A stretch of DNA of 64,000 nt, from contig CAIQVJ010000007.1 of the NCBI GenBank assembly GCA_903875225.1, positions 3,802 to 67,801 on the forward strand. The letters run 5' to 3'. Shown here in pieces: positions 48,159 through 58,444 of the stretch. Each line of letters starts with the position of its first letter. Positions within the stretch are counted from its first letter, which is position 1. A program made the translations under genes and the position numbers. The notes beneath the pieces were generated by a model that made no database searches, was not told where the DNA came from, and saw nothing but the letters and a program-made list of their open reading frames with translations. The stretch is from an uncultured Pseudomonadota bacterium (GTDB taxonomy: Bacteria; Myxococcota_A; UBA796; SXON01).

Positions 48159-50000
48159 TCACTCCAGGTCGGACCTGGGGATCTGCCAACTCGCCTGCAC
48201 GACGCCGCTCACGTCGAAGATGGAGACGTCGAGCGTCGGATCGGCCAGCGTTGTGTCCACCTCCACGCCGATGAACGAGTCCGCCGCGTAGCACGAGAGG
48301 ATCTCGCTATCGCCGGGGCAGCTCCCGGGGCTGTTGCGGGCGAGCGGGGACGACGTGAGCTCGGGCACGTCGTACCCGACACCGGGAACCAGCCGGAGCT
48401 CCGAGTGGTGCACGTCCCCGGAGAGAAAGACGACGCCCGGAACCCCGGCCACGGCGTCCATCAGCCGCTGCTGCGCGGTGGGCCACTCCGCCCACGAGTC
48501 TGTGGTGCCCTGGGTCGTGAACTGGCTCCCGCTCACGAGGAACTTGAAGGTCGCGTCGCTCGCAGCGAGGGCGTCGTAGAGCCAGGCCTCCTGCGCATCT
48601 CCGAGCACCGAGTCGTCGAGGCCCCGGTAGTAGCGATCATCGAGGAGGAAGAACTCGATCGGCCCGTACCGTTGGGTGGTGAAGATCCCCGGGATGTCCG
48701 TGGTTCCGTAGCCCGGGTTCGCGGTGTACTCTTCAAACACCCGCAGCGCGTCCTCCTTGCCGGGGGCGTTGCCGTCCTCGTTGTCGCCTGCGTAGTCGTG
48801 GTCGTCCCACACGGACAGGATCGAGGCGAGGTGGGTCACGTCGCGTCGGAGGGGCAGCCCGTAGGCGTGGCGGTAGAACTGGCGCTGGGCATCGCGATCC
48901 GGGGTGTCACCGTAGAAGTTGTCGCCCACGAACAGGAACACGTCGGGGTCCCAGGCGGCGACGGCCCCGAAGATCGGCTCGTCGTCGTTCAACGCGCAGG
49001 AGCCGAAGCCGAATCGCAGGCGCGAGGGCGCGTCGTTCGCAGGAGCCGTCGTGAACGACCACGGGCCCTTCCGCTCCCCGTCGATCTCCAGATCGTACCA
49101 CCAGGTGGACTCGGGCGAGAGGCCCTGTACGTGCACCACTTCGGTGAAATCGTCCTCCACAGACGGATATCCGTAGTGCACCACCGGCGCGGACTCCAGG
49201 GCGGACGCTGTCGACGCGACGCGCAGCAGTACGGGCCGGGTGACGTCGGTGCGGTACCAGATGCGCACGCCGTCGGAGTCGACGGCCCCGAGCACCGGGC
49301 CCACCGTCAGCGGCGCATCCCACACGGTGTCACAGTCGAGGGAGAGCCCCTGTGACCACGAGGTCACCTCGCCCGACTCGTTGCCGATCTTCACGGTCAG
49401 GCCGTCGGCGCAGGCCACCTGCTCCCCATCGAGCGTGAGGGAGAACGCGACCGGACTCCACTGGTCGGACCCTGTGAGCGTCCGCACCTCCAGCCGGTCG
49501 AGGTCCGCGCGGGCAAGATCGAGCCCCTCCACGGTGAAGACGTCGATTGCGCCGTTCTGGAACTCGTCCCAGTCCGTGATCGCCGCCGGCCAGCACGCGG
49601 TGGCCGACAGGCAGAACTCGGCGGGGGAGTCGGTCGCGGCGTACACCGACGTGCCGGTGCGGCTCACGAGTTGAACAGTGTGCACCCTGTCCGCAGATGC
49701 CGGCGACCCGGGATCCTGGCAACCGGCGCCGTCGTTCGGCACGCCATCGTCCGGGCTCCCGTCACAGTTCTGGTCGCGCCCGTCACAGATCTCCGGAGCC
49801 CCTGGGAACACCGTGGGATCGGTGTCGTCACAATCCTCGTCGACGGCCGCTCCATCCCCGTCGGCGTCGACCGGCGGCGGGGTGGCGCTGTCCCCGCCGG
49901 CGCTGTCGTCCGGGGTCGTGCCGCCCGCGCCGGCGACGTGCCGGGCGAACGGGGTGGAGCAGGAGGTCAACAGCGTGAGGAGGAGCACGGGGTGGGCCAT
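48159..50000 (-). CDS. phoD: Alkaline phosphatase D (PhoD) family lipoprotein with MopE-like repeat
   Basis: FGSC, GDNFYGD, WDDHDY, LDDRYYR, LGDAQ..WL, LSGDVHHS, ELTSSPL. Confidence 0.88.
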   Translation of the reverse strand: MAHPVLLLTLLTSCSTPFARHVAGAGGTTPDDSAGGDSATPPPVDADGDGAAVDEDCDDTDPTVFPGAPEICDGRDQNCDGSPDDGVPNDGAGCQDPGSPASADRVHTVQLVSRTGTSVYAATDSPAEFCLSATACWPAAITDWDEFQNGAIDVFTVEGLDLARADLDRLEVRTLTGSDQWSPVAFSLTLDGEQVACADGLTVKIGNESGEVTSWSQGLSLDCDTVWDAPLTVGPVLGAVDSDGVRIWYRTDVTRPVLLRVASTASALESAPVVHYGYPSVEDDFTEVVHVQGLSPESTWWYDLEIDGERKGPWSFTTAPANDAPSRLRFGFGSCALNDDEPIFGAVAAWDPDVFLFVGDNFYGDTPDRDAQRQFYRHAYGLPLRRDVTHLASILSVWDDHDYAGDNEDGNAPGKEDALRVFEEYTANPGYGTTDIPGIFTTQRYGPIEFFLLDDRYYRGLDDSVLGDAQEAWLYDALAASDATFKFLVSGSQFTTQGTTDSWAEWPTAQQRLMDAVAGVPGVVFLSGDVHHSELRLVPGVGYDVPELTSSPLARNSPGSCPGDSEILSCYAADSFIGVEVDTTLADPTLDVSIFDVSGVVQASWQIPRSDLE

Positions 50001-50112
50001 GGAGGGGGAACGTAGCACCCCGTCCGTGACAACCGTCGCCCCCGGTACGCCCGCGCACCCAATCGCCGACACCCGGGGGACCGCTCCCCGATAGACCGTC
50101 GACGGAGGTCGG

Positions 50113-51171
50113 ATGCAGATCGTTTCGGTTGGCCGGGCCTTCCCGCCGCACTACGCCGACCAGGAGTCGCTCATCGCCGCCTTTCGGGCGGTGTGGGGCG
50201 CGCGGCACCACAACGCGGCGCGGGTCGAGCAGCTCCACCGCAGCGTGCTCGTCGGCGGGAGACACCTGGCCCTGCCTCTCCACGAGTACCCGGCCCTGCG
50301 CGACTTCGGGGACGCGAACGACGCGTTCATCCGGGTGGGGACGGACGTGGGCGCTGCAGCCCTGCTGCAGGGACTGGACGCTGCCGGGCTCGCCCCCGCC
50401 GATGTGGACGCCATCTGGTTCACCAGCGTGACGGGCATCGCGGCGCCATCGATCGATGCGCGCATCGTGAACCGCGTCGGGCTCCGGTCCGACATCAAGC
50501 GCACCCCGATCTTCGGCCTCGGGTGCGTGGCGGGCGCGGCGGGGGTCGCCCGCGTGGCCGACTACCTTCGGGGCAACCCCGACGACGTCGCCGTGCTCGT
50601 GTCCGTGGAGCTGTGTTCGCTCACGCTGCAACGGGACGATCTCTCGATCCCGAACCTGATCGCGAGCGGGCTCTTCGGCGATGGGGCGGCATGCGTCGTG
50701 ATGGTCGGCGAACGGCGCGCAGCGCGCCTCGGCCTCGCCGGGCCGCGCGTCGTCGCCTCGCGGAGCTCGTTCTACCCGGGCACCGAGGAGGTGATGGGCT
50801 GGCGGATCGGGGCCTCCGGGTTTCGCATCGTGCTCTCGGCCGAGGTGCCCGAGATGGTGCGCCGCCACCTCGTCGGCGACGTGGCGACGTTCCTCGCCGA
50901 CCAGCACGTCGCACCCACAGACGTAGCGGCCTGGATCGCCCACCCCGGGGGGCCGCGCGTGCTGGAGGTCATGGAGGAGGTCCTTCCGCTGCCGCCCGGC
51001 GCGCTCGCGTTCACATGGGACGGGCTCAAGCGCCTGGGCAACCTGTCCAGCGCGTCCGTGCTCCTGGTGCTGGCGGACACCCTGGCGGCGCCGCCTCCCC
51101 CCGGGGGCCTCGGCTTGATGCTCGCCATGGGCCCCGGCTTCTGCTCGGAGCTGGTGCTCCTCCGATGGTGA
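50113..51171 (+). CDS. Type III polyketide synthase (alkylresorcinol/alkylpyrone, SrsA/BpsA/FtpA-like)
   Basis: GLGCVAG (Cys), HPGGP (His), GNLSSAS (Asn), ELCSLT, LFGDGAA, AMGPGFCSEL. Confidence 0.95.
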   Translation: MQIVSVGRAFPPHYADQESLIAAFRAVWGARHHNAARVEQLHRSVLVGGRHLALPLHEYPALRDFGDANDAFIRVGTDVGAAALLQGLDAAGLAPADVDAIWFTSVTGIAAPSIDARIVNRVGLRSDIKRTPIFGLGCVAGAAGVARVADYLRGNPDDVAVLVSVELCSLTLQRDDLSIPNLIASGLFGDGAACVVMVGERRAARLGLAGPRVVASRSSFYPGTEEVMGWRIGASGFRIVLSAEVPEMVRRHLVGDVATFLADQHVAPTDVAAWIAHPGGPRVLEVMEEVLPLPPGALAFTWDGLKRLGNLSSASVLLVLADTLAAPPPPGGLGLMLAMGPGFCSELVLLRW

Positions 51172-51689
51172 GCCTGCCCTGGGCCTGGCTCGCGCTCCTT
51201 GGCGTGGTCGCCGCGGAGCGTGTCGCCGAGCTGGTGGTCGCGCGGCGCAACGCAGCTTGGAGCTTCGCGCGGGGCGGGGTGGAGTACGGCGCCGGGCACT
51301 ACCCGGTGATGGTGGCGCTGCACGCGGGCTTCCTCCTCGGGATGCTGCTCGAGGTGTGGCTCCTCCAACGTTCGTTCCTGCCGGCGCTGGGGCTCCCCTG
51401 CCTCGGGCTGGTGGTCCTGGCGCAAGCCCTGCGCTGGTGGGTGATCCGCACGCTCGGACCGCGCTGGAACACCCGGGTGATCGTGATCCCGGGGCTCCCG
51501 CCGGTCGAGGCAGGGCCATTCCGTTGGCTGCGCCACCCGAACTACGTGGCCGTGGGGGTGGAGGGCATCGCGCTGCCCCTCGTGCACACGGCGTGGGTGA
51601 GCGCGCTCGTGTTCACGCTGGCCAACGCACTGCTGCTCTTCGTGCGGATCGGCGTCGAGGACCGCGCGCTCGGGAGGACGGGGGCATGA
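51165..51689 (+). CDS. ICMT-family membrane methyltransferase (SrsB/BpsB-like)
   Basis: R..ELVVARRN, GVEYG..HYP.MV.LH, LGPRWNTRV, GPFRWLRHPNY, RI..EDRAL. Confidence 0.92.
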   Translation: MVSLPWAWLALLGVVAAERVAELVVARRNAAWSFARGGVEYGAGHYPVMVALHAGFLLGMLLEVWLLQRSFLPALGLPCLGLVVLAQALRWWVIRTLGPRWNTRVIVIPGLPPVEAGPFRWLRHPNYVAVGVEGIALPLVHTAWVSALVFTLANALLLFVRIGVEDRALGRTGA

Positions 51690-51925
51690 ACGACGACGAG
51701 ATCCGGGAGGGCATTGCGCAGGTCGCCCGGGCGCACCTGGGCTGGGAGGGCGGCCTGCCGGGGGACACTCCGCTGGTCGAGGCGCTCCGGTTGGACTCGC
51801 TCCGGCTCCTCACGCTGGTGGTGGAGCTCGAGGACCACTTCCGGGTGGTGATCGAGGACGACGACGCAGCCGGGCTCGAGCGTGTGGACGATCTCGTCGC
51901 CATGCTGCGGCGGCGGCTGGCGTGA
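51686..51925 (+). CDS. Acyl carrier protein
   Basis: LRLDSL phosphopantetheine site, VELEDHF. ATGA/GTGA overlaps on both sides. Confidence 0.88.
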   Translation: MNDDEIREGIAQVARAHLGWEGGLPGDTPLVEALRLDSLRLLTLVVELEDHFRVVIEDDDAAGLERVDDLVAMLRRRLA

Positions 51926-53643
51926 GCGACACGCTCGCCAGCGCCCTCGTACGCGCGGCGCGGGTCCGCGGGCGCGGCCTGCGCTTCTGGGACCGCAGCG
52001 AGCAGGAGACGCGGCTGGACTGGGCGGACGTGCTCGACCGGGCCGCGCGGGTGGCCGGAGGGCTGCGCGAGCGTGGCATCCGCCCCGGGGACACGGTCGC
52101 GCTGGTCTTTCCCACCGGACCGGCCTTCTTCGACGGGTTCTTCGGCGCCGTGCTCGCCGGCGCGGTGCCCGTTCCCCTCTACCCGCCGGTGCGCCTCGGC
52201 CGGCTCGACGAGTACCACGCCCGCACCGCCGCCATGCTCGGCGCCGTGCAGGCGCGGATGGTGCTGTGCGAGGCGCGCACCTGGCGGGTCCTCGGCGTCA
52301 GCGTGGCGGCCGCGCGCCCCCCGCTCGGCGCCGTGGACATCGCTGACGTGCGGGGTCCTGCCCACGTGGCCGAGGGCTCACCCGAGGACCTCGCATTCGT
52401 CCAGTTCTCCTCCGGCACCACAGTGGACCCCAAGCCGGTCGCGCTGAGCCACGGGGCCGTCATCGCCAACGTCCGCGCGATCCTCTCGCTGATCATCCGC
52501 TCGGACGCCGACCAGGACGGGGTGAGCTGGCTCCCGCTGTACCACGACATGGGCCTCGTGGGTTGCGTGTTCACCGCACTGCTCCGGGGCGGCAACCTCA
52601 CGCTCCTCGCCCCCGAGCAGTTCCTGGCCCGGCCCGCCAGCTGGCTGCGGGCGATCAGCCGCACCCGCTCCCTCATCAGCCCCGCCCCGAACTTCGCGTA
52701 CGCGCTCTGCGTGGATCGCATCGCGGACGCCGATCTGGACGGCGTCGACCTCTCCAGCTGGCGCTACGCGCTGAACGGCGCCGAGCCTGTGTCGCCGGCG
52801 ACGCTCCGCCGCTTCGTCGATCGCTTTGCCCGCTGGGGGCTGCGGCGTGAGGCGCTCACCCCGGTGTACGGGCTCGCCGAGGCCTCGCTCGCGGTGACCT
52901 TCTCGGCCGTGGACGAGCCCTTCTCCTCCCGTCGCTTCGATCGGACGGCGCTGTCTGAAGGGCGCGTGCTGGAGGCCGTGGACGGCGTGGAGCTGGTGAG
53001 CGTGGGACGTCCCCTTCCCGAGACCCGGGTCGAGGCCCCGGTGGACCGCATCGGCCCGGTGCGCGTGTCGGGCCCCGGGTTGATGACGGGCTACCTGCAC
53101 CAGCCGGAGCGTACGGCCGCCGTGTACGCCGGTGGTTGCCTCGACACCGGCGACCTCGGCTTCCTCCACGAGGGGGAGCTCTTCCTCACCGGGCGCGCCC
53201 GGGACCTGATCATCCTCCGCGGTCGCAACCACTCCCCGCACGAGATCGAGCAGGCCGTGGACGCCGTGCCCGGGGTGCGCACCGGCTGCGCGGCCGCGGT
53301 GTCGTGGCGGCCCGAGGCCGCGGAGCATGAGCAGCTGGTCGTGTTCGTCGAGGTGCGGAGCGACGGGTCCGGCGGCCTCCCGGAGGCGGCGCCCGATTCC
53401 GGGATCGCAGAGATGTGCGCGAAGGCGATCCTCGCGGCCACCGGGCTGGACCCGACGCTCGTGGTGCCCCTCGCCCCGGGCAGCCTGCCGCGCACCTCCT
53501 CGGGGAAGATCCGGCGCGGCGAGGCGCTCCGGCGGTGGGTAGCCGGAGAGCTCTCCCCACCGGACGCCGTGAACGCGTGGACCCTCGCGGGCGCGCTGGC
53601 AAAAGGCACGCTCGCGCACTGGAGATCCAGCTTCGGGCGCTGA
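51922..53643 (+). CDS. Fatty acyl-AMP ligase (FAAL, FtpD-like)
   Basis: QFSSGTT..PK, SWLPLYHDMGL, PNFAY, NGAEP, YGLAEA, TGDLG, GR..DLII.RGRN, PRTSSGK. Confidence 0.93.
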   Translation: MSDTLASALVRAARVRGRGLRFWDRSEQETRLDWADVLDRAARVAGGLRERGIRPGDTVALVFPTGPAFFDGFFGAVLAGAVPVPLYPPVRLGRLDEYHARTAAMLGAVQARMVLCEARTWRVLGVSVAAARPPLGAVDIADVRGPAHVAEGSPEDLAFVQFSSGTTVDPKPVALSHGAVIANVRAILSLIIRSDADQDGVSWLPLYHDMGLVGCVFTALLRGGNLTLLAPEQFLARPASWLRAISRTRSLISPAPNFAYALCVDRIADADLDGVDLSSWRYALNGAEPVSPATLRRFVDRFARWGLRREALTPVYGLAEASLAVTFSAVDEPFSSRRFDRTALSEGRVLEAVDGVELVSVGRPLPETRVEAPVDRIGPVRVSGPGLMTGYLHQPERTAAVYAGGCLDTGDLGFLHEGELFLTGRARDLIILRGRNHSPHEIEQAVDAVPGVRTGCAAAVSWRPEAAEHEQLVVFVEVRSDGSGGLPEAAPDSGIAEMCAKAILAATGLDPTLVVPLAPGSLPRTSSGKIRRGEALRRWVAGELSPPDAVNAWTLAGALAKGTLAHWRSSFGR

Positions 53644-53682
53644 CGGCGCCAGGTCAGCCCGGTGGCTCCCCGGTGCCCCCAC

Positions 53683-54660
53683 TCATGCAGCGTACCCGAG
53701 CTCGGCCACTGGTCCGAGGAGATCCTCCACGACCGAGCATGCGAGGGGCGCGAGGCCGGGCGCGTGCACCCACGCTGGGTGCTGGCGCACAGTGTCCGCG
53801 AGTTTTTCCACACGTTCCACCACGGCTGCGAGCGCGCCGCTCTCCTCGAATCGCCGGCTCGCCATCGCGAGGTGCGCCTCGCCGGTGCCCTCCCGGGGGC
53901 GATCGAGGATCGCCAGCAGCCAGTCCCGATCGTGCGGCCGGCACTCGAGGTGCGCCACGACGAGCGCGGTGACCCGCCCCTCCCGCAGGTCGTTGCCGCC
54001 GCCCTCGATCCCCGTGCCGTACAGGTCGAGGACATCGTCCCGGAGCTGGTACAGGGTGCCGAGGATGCGGAAAGGGATCGCGAGTTCGGCAGCCCTTTCG
54101 TGGCGGCAGAGGGCGAGCGCCCCCTGCACGGGCAGGGCGAAAAGCGCCCCGGCCTTGCCGTCCACGGCGCGCAGGTAGGCATCCCAGCCCAGCAGCCTTC
54201 GCGGCCGGAGGTCCAGCTCCAGCGACTGCCCGCGCGCGGCGTCGGCGGTGGCCTGGGCGAGCAGGCGGGCCAGGGCCCAGCGGAGGTCACCCCCCACGGG
54301 GATCTCTCCGACGGCGAGTGTCGACAGCGCGAGCAGGAGGTCTCCCGCCGCGATCGCCTGCGGCATGCCCTGGGCCGCCCAGAGGGCGGGGAGCCCGCGA
54401 CGCATGGGGGCCGCATCCTGCACATCATCATGGACCAGGCTGGCGTTGTGGAGGAGTTCGACGGCGGCGGCCCACGGCTGGATCTGCCGGACAGGAACGC
54501 CAAGGGCCCGGCCTGCCTCCAGCGCGAGGAGGGCCCGGATCCGCTTGCCACCGGTGTCGAGGTGCGCCGCGCACGCGCGCACGCACGGATCGAGCGGGTC
54601 CTCACCGACGAGCGCTCCCATGGTCCGAACGATCTCTCGCATGGCTTGTGTGTGCATCAT
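53683..54660 (-). CDS. Polyprenyl (trans-isoprenyl) diphosphate synthase
   Basis: GGKRIR, LLHNASLVHDDVQD...RRG (FARM), QLRDDVLD (SARM), NDLREG. Confidence 0.9.
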   Translation of the reverse strand: MMHTQAMREIVRTMGALVGEDPLDPCVRACAAHLDTGGKRIRALLALEAGRALGVPVRQIQPWAAAVELLHNASLVHDDVQDAAPMRRGLPALWAAQGMPQAIAAGDLLLALSTLAVGEIPVGGDLRWALARLLAQATADAARGQSLELDLRPRRLLGWDAYLRAVDGKAGALFALPVQGALALCRHERAAELAIPFRILGTLYQLRDDVLDLYGTGIEGGGNDLREGRVTALVVAHLECRPHDRDWLLAILDRPREGTGEAHLAMASRRFEESGALAAVVERVEKLADTVRQHPAWVHAPGLAPLACSVVEDLLGPVAELGYAA

Positions 54661-54834
54661 CCGTACGGCTCCAGCGTGGCGGACAAGGTGCAAACCTCGT
54701 GCCAGATACCCGTCGATGTCAAACACCCTTCCACCTCCGGCAGCCGTCGGGCCACGCGGGGCCGACCCCTGCCCGGAGCGGTTACCCCCACGGCAAAAGG
54801 TGCGCAGCTGAAGACCTCGTTCCAATCCCGCTGG

Positions 54835-57276
54835 GTGATCACCCTTGCCGGCCTCCTGCCCAGCACGTTCGCATACGCGCACTACCCTCACGACACCGCC
54901 TACTGGGTGGCCGTCTCCCCCGACCCGGCCGAGCCGCGGCTGGCGACCAGCCTCGAGCGTATCGACCTCGACGTCCTCGGTCGCTCCGAGAACGGCCTCG
55001 ACTGGGCGGCCCGCCTGGTGCAGGCGACAGACGACGGGGAGGTGCACTCCGGCGCCTTCCTCACGCCGATGCGCCTCGTCCTGGCCACGAACGAGCGAGG
55101 CCTCCAGGTGAGCGAGGACGCAGGCGACACGCTGGTCCGCGCCCCTACGGTCACCGACTCTGTGATCACCCGGGTGGTGGCCTCTCCCGCGGTCATGGAG
55201 GATGGGCTGGCCTTCGCGACAGGCGAGACAGCGGTCTGGCGGACGCAGGATTCGGGCGTCGGCTGGGAGGCGGTCTGGCAGGCCACGGGAGACGGGTTCA
55301 TCGACGTCGACCTCTCGCCGGACTTCGGCGCGGATGGCCGGGTGTGTGCGGCGGAGGGCGAGGCGCTCTCGTGCAGCCCGGATCGCGGGGTGACATGGAC
55401 CCGCACCTCGATCCCCGCCGGGACCTTTCGCATCTCGGTGGGTGCGGGGCATCGGGTGTGGGCGGCCGCGCGCGGCGAGGGGCTGTACGAGTCGTCGGAC
55501 GATGGCGCGTCCTGGGTCCTGGCCGGGTTCGCCGGCGAAGACGTCACTGCGATCGCCGAGCTCTCCGGGGGGCTGGTCCTGCTGGCGAGTGCGATGCAGG
55601 CGGAGTGGCGGTCCGATGACGCGGGTGCCACCTGGGGCCTCGTGGACGTGGCCCAGATCACGGTGAACCAGCAGCGCGACGGCGTGAATTTCTTCGATTT
55701 CGTCGAGGGACCGGAGGGGGCGGTGTACCTCACCTCCTGGAACGGGCTCGCGAGGTCGGACGATCGCGGGTTGACCTACGCGCTCTACGCGACCGAGCGG
55801 ATCGAGAACACCCACTCCGTGGTGCTGACGGAGGGTTCAGGCGGCGGGATGTCGGCGTGGATCGGCACCTACGGGGGGGGACCCATCCTGACCGACATCC
55901 ACAGCCTCGAGGCGGTGGCGTTCCCCGGCCTCCCGAGGCGGTTCACGCGCAACTCCCCGACCACGACGAGCTGGGAGCGTGACGGCACCGCGATCTTCGA
56001 CGAGGGCTACACCACCTGGCGCACCACGGACCACGGGGCGACGTTCGACCTCATCGCCGAAGACCCCATGGCGAACGGCGAGATGCAGCTCGAGAACGAC
56101 GTGAAGGGAGTCGCCCTCGCTCCGAACCCCAGCGAGGATCCCTTCCTGCTCACCATCGTGGGCCAGCGGGCGATGTCCTTCGTGGTTTCGGACGACCTCG
56201 GAGACACGTGGACGACCGGCACGCAGGATCCCGCGTGCGCCATGGACGGCTTCGCCGTTGCGCTCTCCCCACGGTGGCCGGACGAGTCCCGCGCCTGGGC
56301 GGCGTGCGGCGGAGCGATCTACGAGTCCCTCGACCGCGGCGAGAGCTGGTCGGTGCTCGGCGACACGGGGGCCTCGTTCGTGTTCCGCATCGCCGAGCAG
56401 GTGGATGGCGCCCTCCTCGTCGCGACCAGCGACGGCTTGTGGCGGATCGACTCCGGAACCACCACGCAGATCGGCTTTCCCGGAGTGCTGGTCGACGCGG
56501 TGGCCGCGGCCACGGAAGAGGGCGACGACACGGTTTTTGCGCTCGTGCCCACCGAGGGGTGGATGCGGAGCGAGGACGGCGGGAACACGTGGGCGGAGCT
56601 GCCCGCCCCGACCGGTGACGTCCCGAGGATGGTCGCGATGTCTCCCTCCTTTGCAGAGGACGGATCGGTGGCTGTCGCCGGGTACGGAGGCGCGTGGGCG
56701 AGCACCGATCGCGGCGATTCCTGGTTCTCGATCTACGCGCTGGAGCTGTACGAGAGCGACGAGGACGCCTGGCGGAGCACCGGCACCTGGACCTCGACCC
56801 AGCTGGAGACTGCCTCGGGGCGGAGCGTCGCGCTCACGGATCAGGTCGGCGCCACCCGCACGCTCGACTTTCGTGGGATCGGCATCGCCGTCGAGGCGCC
56901 GGCCGACGCCGAGGCCGGCGTGATGGCCATCTCGCTCGACGACGGCCCGCCGGAGGAGGTCACGCTGCCAACCGGAAACCGCAGGGTGTGGGAGGTCCAC
57001 GGGCTCGCGGACGGCTGGCACACGCTGCGCATCGAGGCGCTGCTGGGAACGGTCACGCTGGACGACGTGCGGGTGAACCGCCTCGAGGTCACGGACACGA
57101 ACACCGACACCGGCGCCGACACGGGCCCCGACTCGGGTCCGGGCGCGGGTGACCACCTGGATCACCAGGACCTGGCCGGCGGCTGCTCCTGCCGCGGCTC
57201 GGGCGGCGACGCCCTCCTGCTGCTGCCGCTCCTGCTCGTGCGCCGGCGCCGCCACGTGCGGGTCGACGCCGCCTGA
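54835..57276 (+). CDS. Secreted BNR/Asp-box beta-propeller protein with MYXO-CTERM-like anchor
   Basis: Many SxDxGxTW Asp-boxes. C-terminal GGCSC + LLLLPLLL + RRRR. Start uncertain (54808-54835). Confidence 0.82.
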   Translation: MITLAGLLPSTFAYAHYPHDTAYWVAVSPDPAEPRLATSLERIDLDVLGRSENGLDWAARLVQATDDGEVHSGAFLTPMRLVLATNERGLQVSEDAGDTLVRAPTVTDSVITRVVASPAVMEDGLAFATGETAVWRTQDSGVGWEAVWQATGDGFIDVDLSPDFGADGRVCAAEGEALSCSPDRGVTWTRTSIPAGTFRISVGAGHRVWAAARGEGLYESSDDGASWVLAGFAGEDVTAIAELSGGLVLLASAMQAEWRSDDAGATWGLVDVAQITVNQQRDGVNFFDFVEGPEGAVYLTSWNGLARSDDRGLTYALYATERIENTHSVVLTEGSGGGMSAWIGTYGGGPILTDIHSLEAVAFPGLPRRFTRNSPTTTSWERDGTAIFDEGYTTWRTTDHGATFDLIAEDPMANGEMQLENDVKGVALAPNPSEDPFLLTIVGQRAMSFVVSDDLGDTWTTGTQDPACAMDGFAVALSPRWPDESRAWAACGGAIYESLDRGESWSVLGDTGASFVFRIAEQVDGALLVATSDGLWRIDSGTTTQIGFPGVLVDAVAAATEEGDDTVFALVPTEGWMRSEDGGNTWAELPAPTGDVPRMVAMSPSFAEDGSVAVAGYGGAWASTDRGDSWFSIYALELYESDEDAWRSTGTWTSTQLETASGRSVALTDQVGATRTLDFRGIGIAVEAPADAEAGVMAISLDDGPPEEVTLPTGNRRVWEVHGLADGWHTLRIEALLGTVTLDDVRVNRLEVTDTNTDTGADTGPDSGPGAGDHLDHQDLAGGCSCRGSGGDALLLLPLLLVRRRRHVRVDAA

Positions 57277-57324
57277 CCCGGCACGCTGACATCCCCGCAT
57301 CCGGCGCCGCCTGGAGGCAGCATC

Positions 57325-58254
57325 TCACCTGGCGGCCCCCGACAGCACGCCGGCGACCGCCGCGACCTGGGCGTCGAAGAACGCCCGGCTCACGGGAGCC
57401 TTTGGCATCACGGCGTCGAAGCCGTGAAAGGCCCCGTCGACGACCTCCAGCGAGGCCGGGACGCCCGCCTCGACGAGCCGCCGAGCGTAGGCAAGGTCCT
57501 CGTCGTGGAAGAGGTCGAGCGTGCCCACGCCGATCCACGCCGGAGGCAGGCCGCGGAGGTCCTCGCGCCGTGCGGGCGCCATGTGGTCCGTCACGCCATC
57601 CCCGCCCGGAGCGCGTGCGAGGTACGACGACCAGCCGAGCACGTTGCTCTCCTGGTCCCACACCCGGAGGGTGAGCCCCTCGACGGTCCGCGCGGCCGTC
57701 CGGTCGTCGAGCATCGGGTACACCAGGAGCTGGAAGATCGGGGCCGGTCGGCCGCTGTCGTGCAGGCGCAGCACGAGCGCCGCCGCGAGGCCACCGCCCG
57801 CGCTCTGGCCGGCGACGATCACGCGTCGTGGGTCGAGGCCGAGGGCTGCGGCCTCGCGCTGAACGAAGTCGTAGGCGGCGACGCAGTCGTCCAGGGGCGC
57901 GGGCCACGGATGCTCGGGAGCCAGCCGGTAGTCGACGGAGACGACGGTGACGCCGAGCCGTTGCGCATACCGGGCGCAGAGCGCGTCGTCCTGCACTGCG
58001 CTCCCGATGATGTAGCCGCCGCCGTGCATCCACAGCAACACGGGTCGCCCGCGCTCGTCGTCCACGGGTCCCACGATGCGAACGGTCGCCGTCGTTCCCG
58101 GCAACGCCATCTCGCGCACCACCAGCCCGCGGGGCATCGCACCTGCGGGGGGCTTGAGCCATCTCAGGACCGGCAGGAGCCACTTCCTCGCCACGCCGCT
58201 CGGCAGGAACCGGGCGACGAACCGCAGGTCGGGATGGACGACGTTTGGGCTCAT
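57325..58254 (-). CDS. HSL-family alpha/beta hydrolase (esterase/lipase)
   Basis: HGGGY, VDYRLAPEHP, GQSAGG, YPMLDDR, FHGFD. Confidence 0.93.
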   Translation of the reverse strand: MSPNVVHPDLRFVARFLPSGVARKWLLPVLRWLKPPAGAMPRGLVVREMALPGTTATVRIVGPVDDERGRPVLLWMHGGGYIIGSAVQDDALCARYAQRLGVTVVSVDYRLAPEHPWPAPLDDCVAAYDFVQREAAALGLDPRRVIVAGQSAGGGLAAALVLRLHDSGRPAPIFQLLVYPMLDDRTAARTVEGLTLRVWDQESNVLGWSSYLARAPGGDGVTDHMAPARREDLRGLPPAWIGVGTLDLFHDEDLAYARRLVEAGVPASLEVVDGAFHGFDAVMPKAPVSRAFFDAQVAAVAGVLSGAAR

Positions 58255-58444
58255 GGCTCCGCATGATTCCGCGTCGTCCTGAACCTGGCAAGCGGCCGAC
58301 CGCGATGCCCGCCGCAGCGCAGGCGTTCGACCTCTCGACCGTGCCTGATCCCTGCTGCCGTCGCCCAGCGTGGGCCGAGCCCCTCGGTGGCGCGCGACCC
58401 CGGTTGGGGCCCGACGTGGAGCCGCGACAGGGTACTCTGTCCCC

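Noticed and set aside
53662-54834. N-terminal extension of the 1204-aa plus-strand ORF
   Set aside because: It is the antisense shadow of the polyprenyl synthase. The real gene starts near 54808-54835 with a signal peptide.
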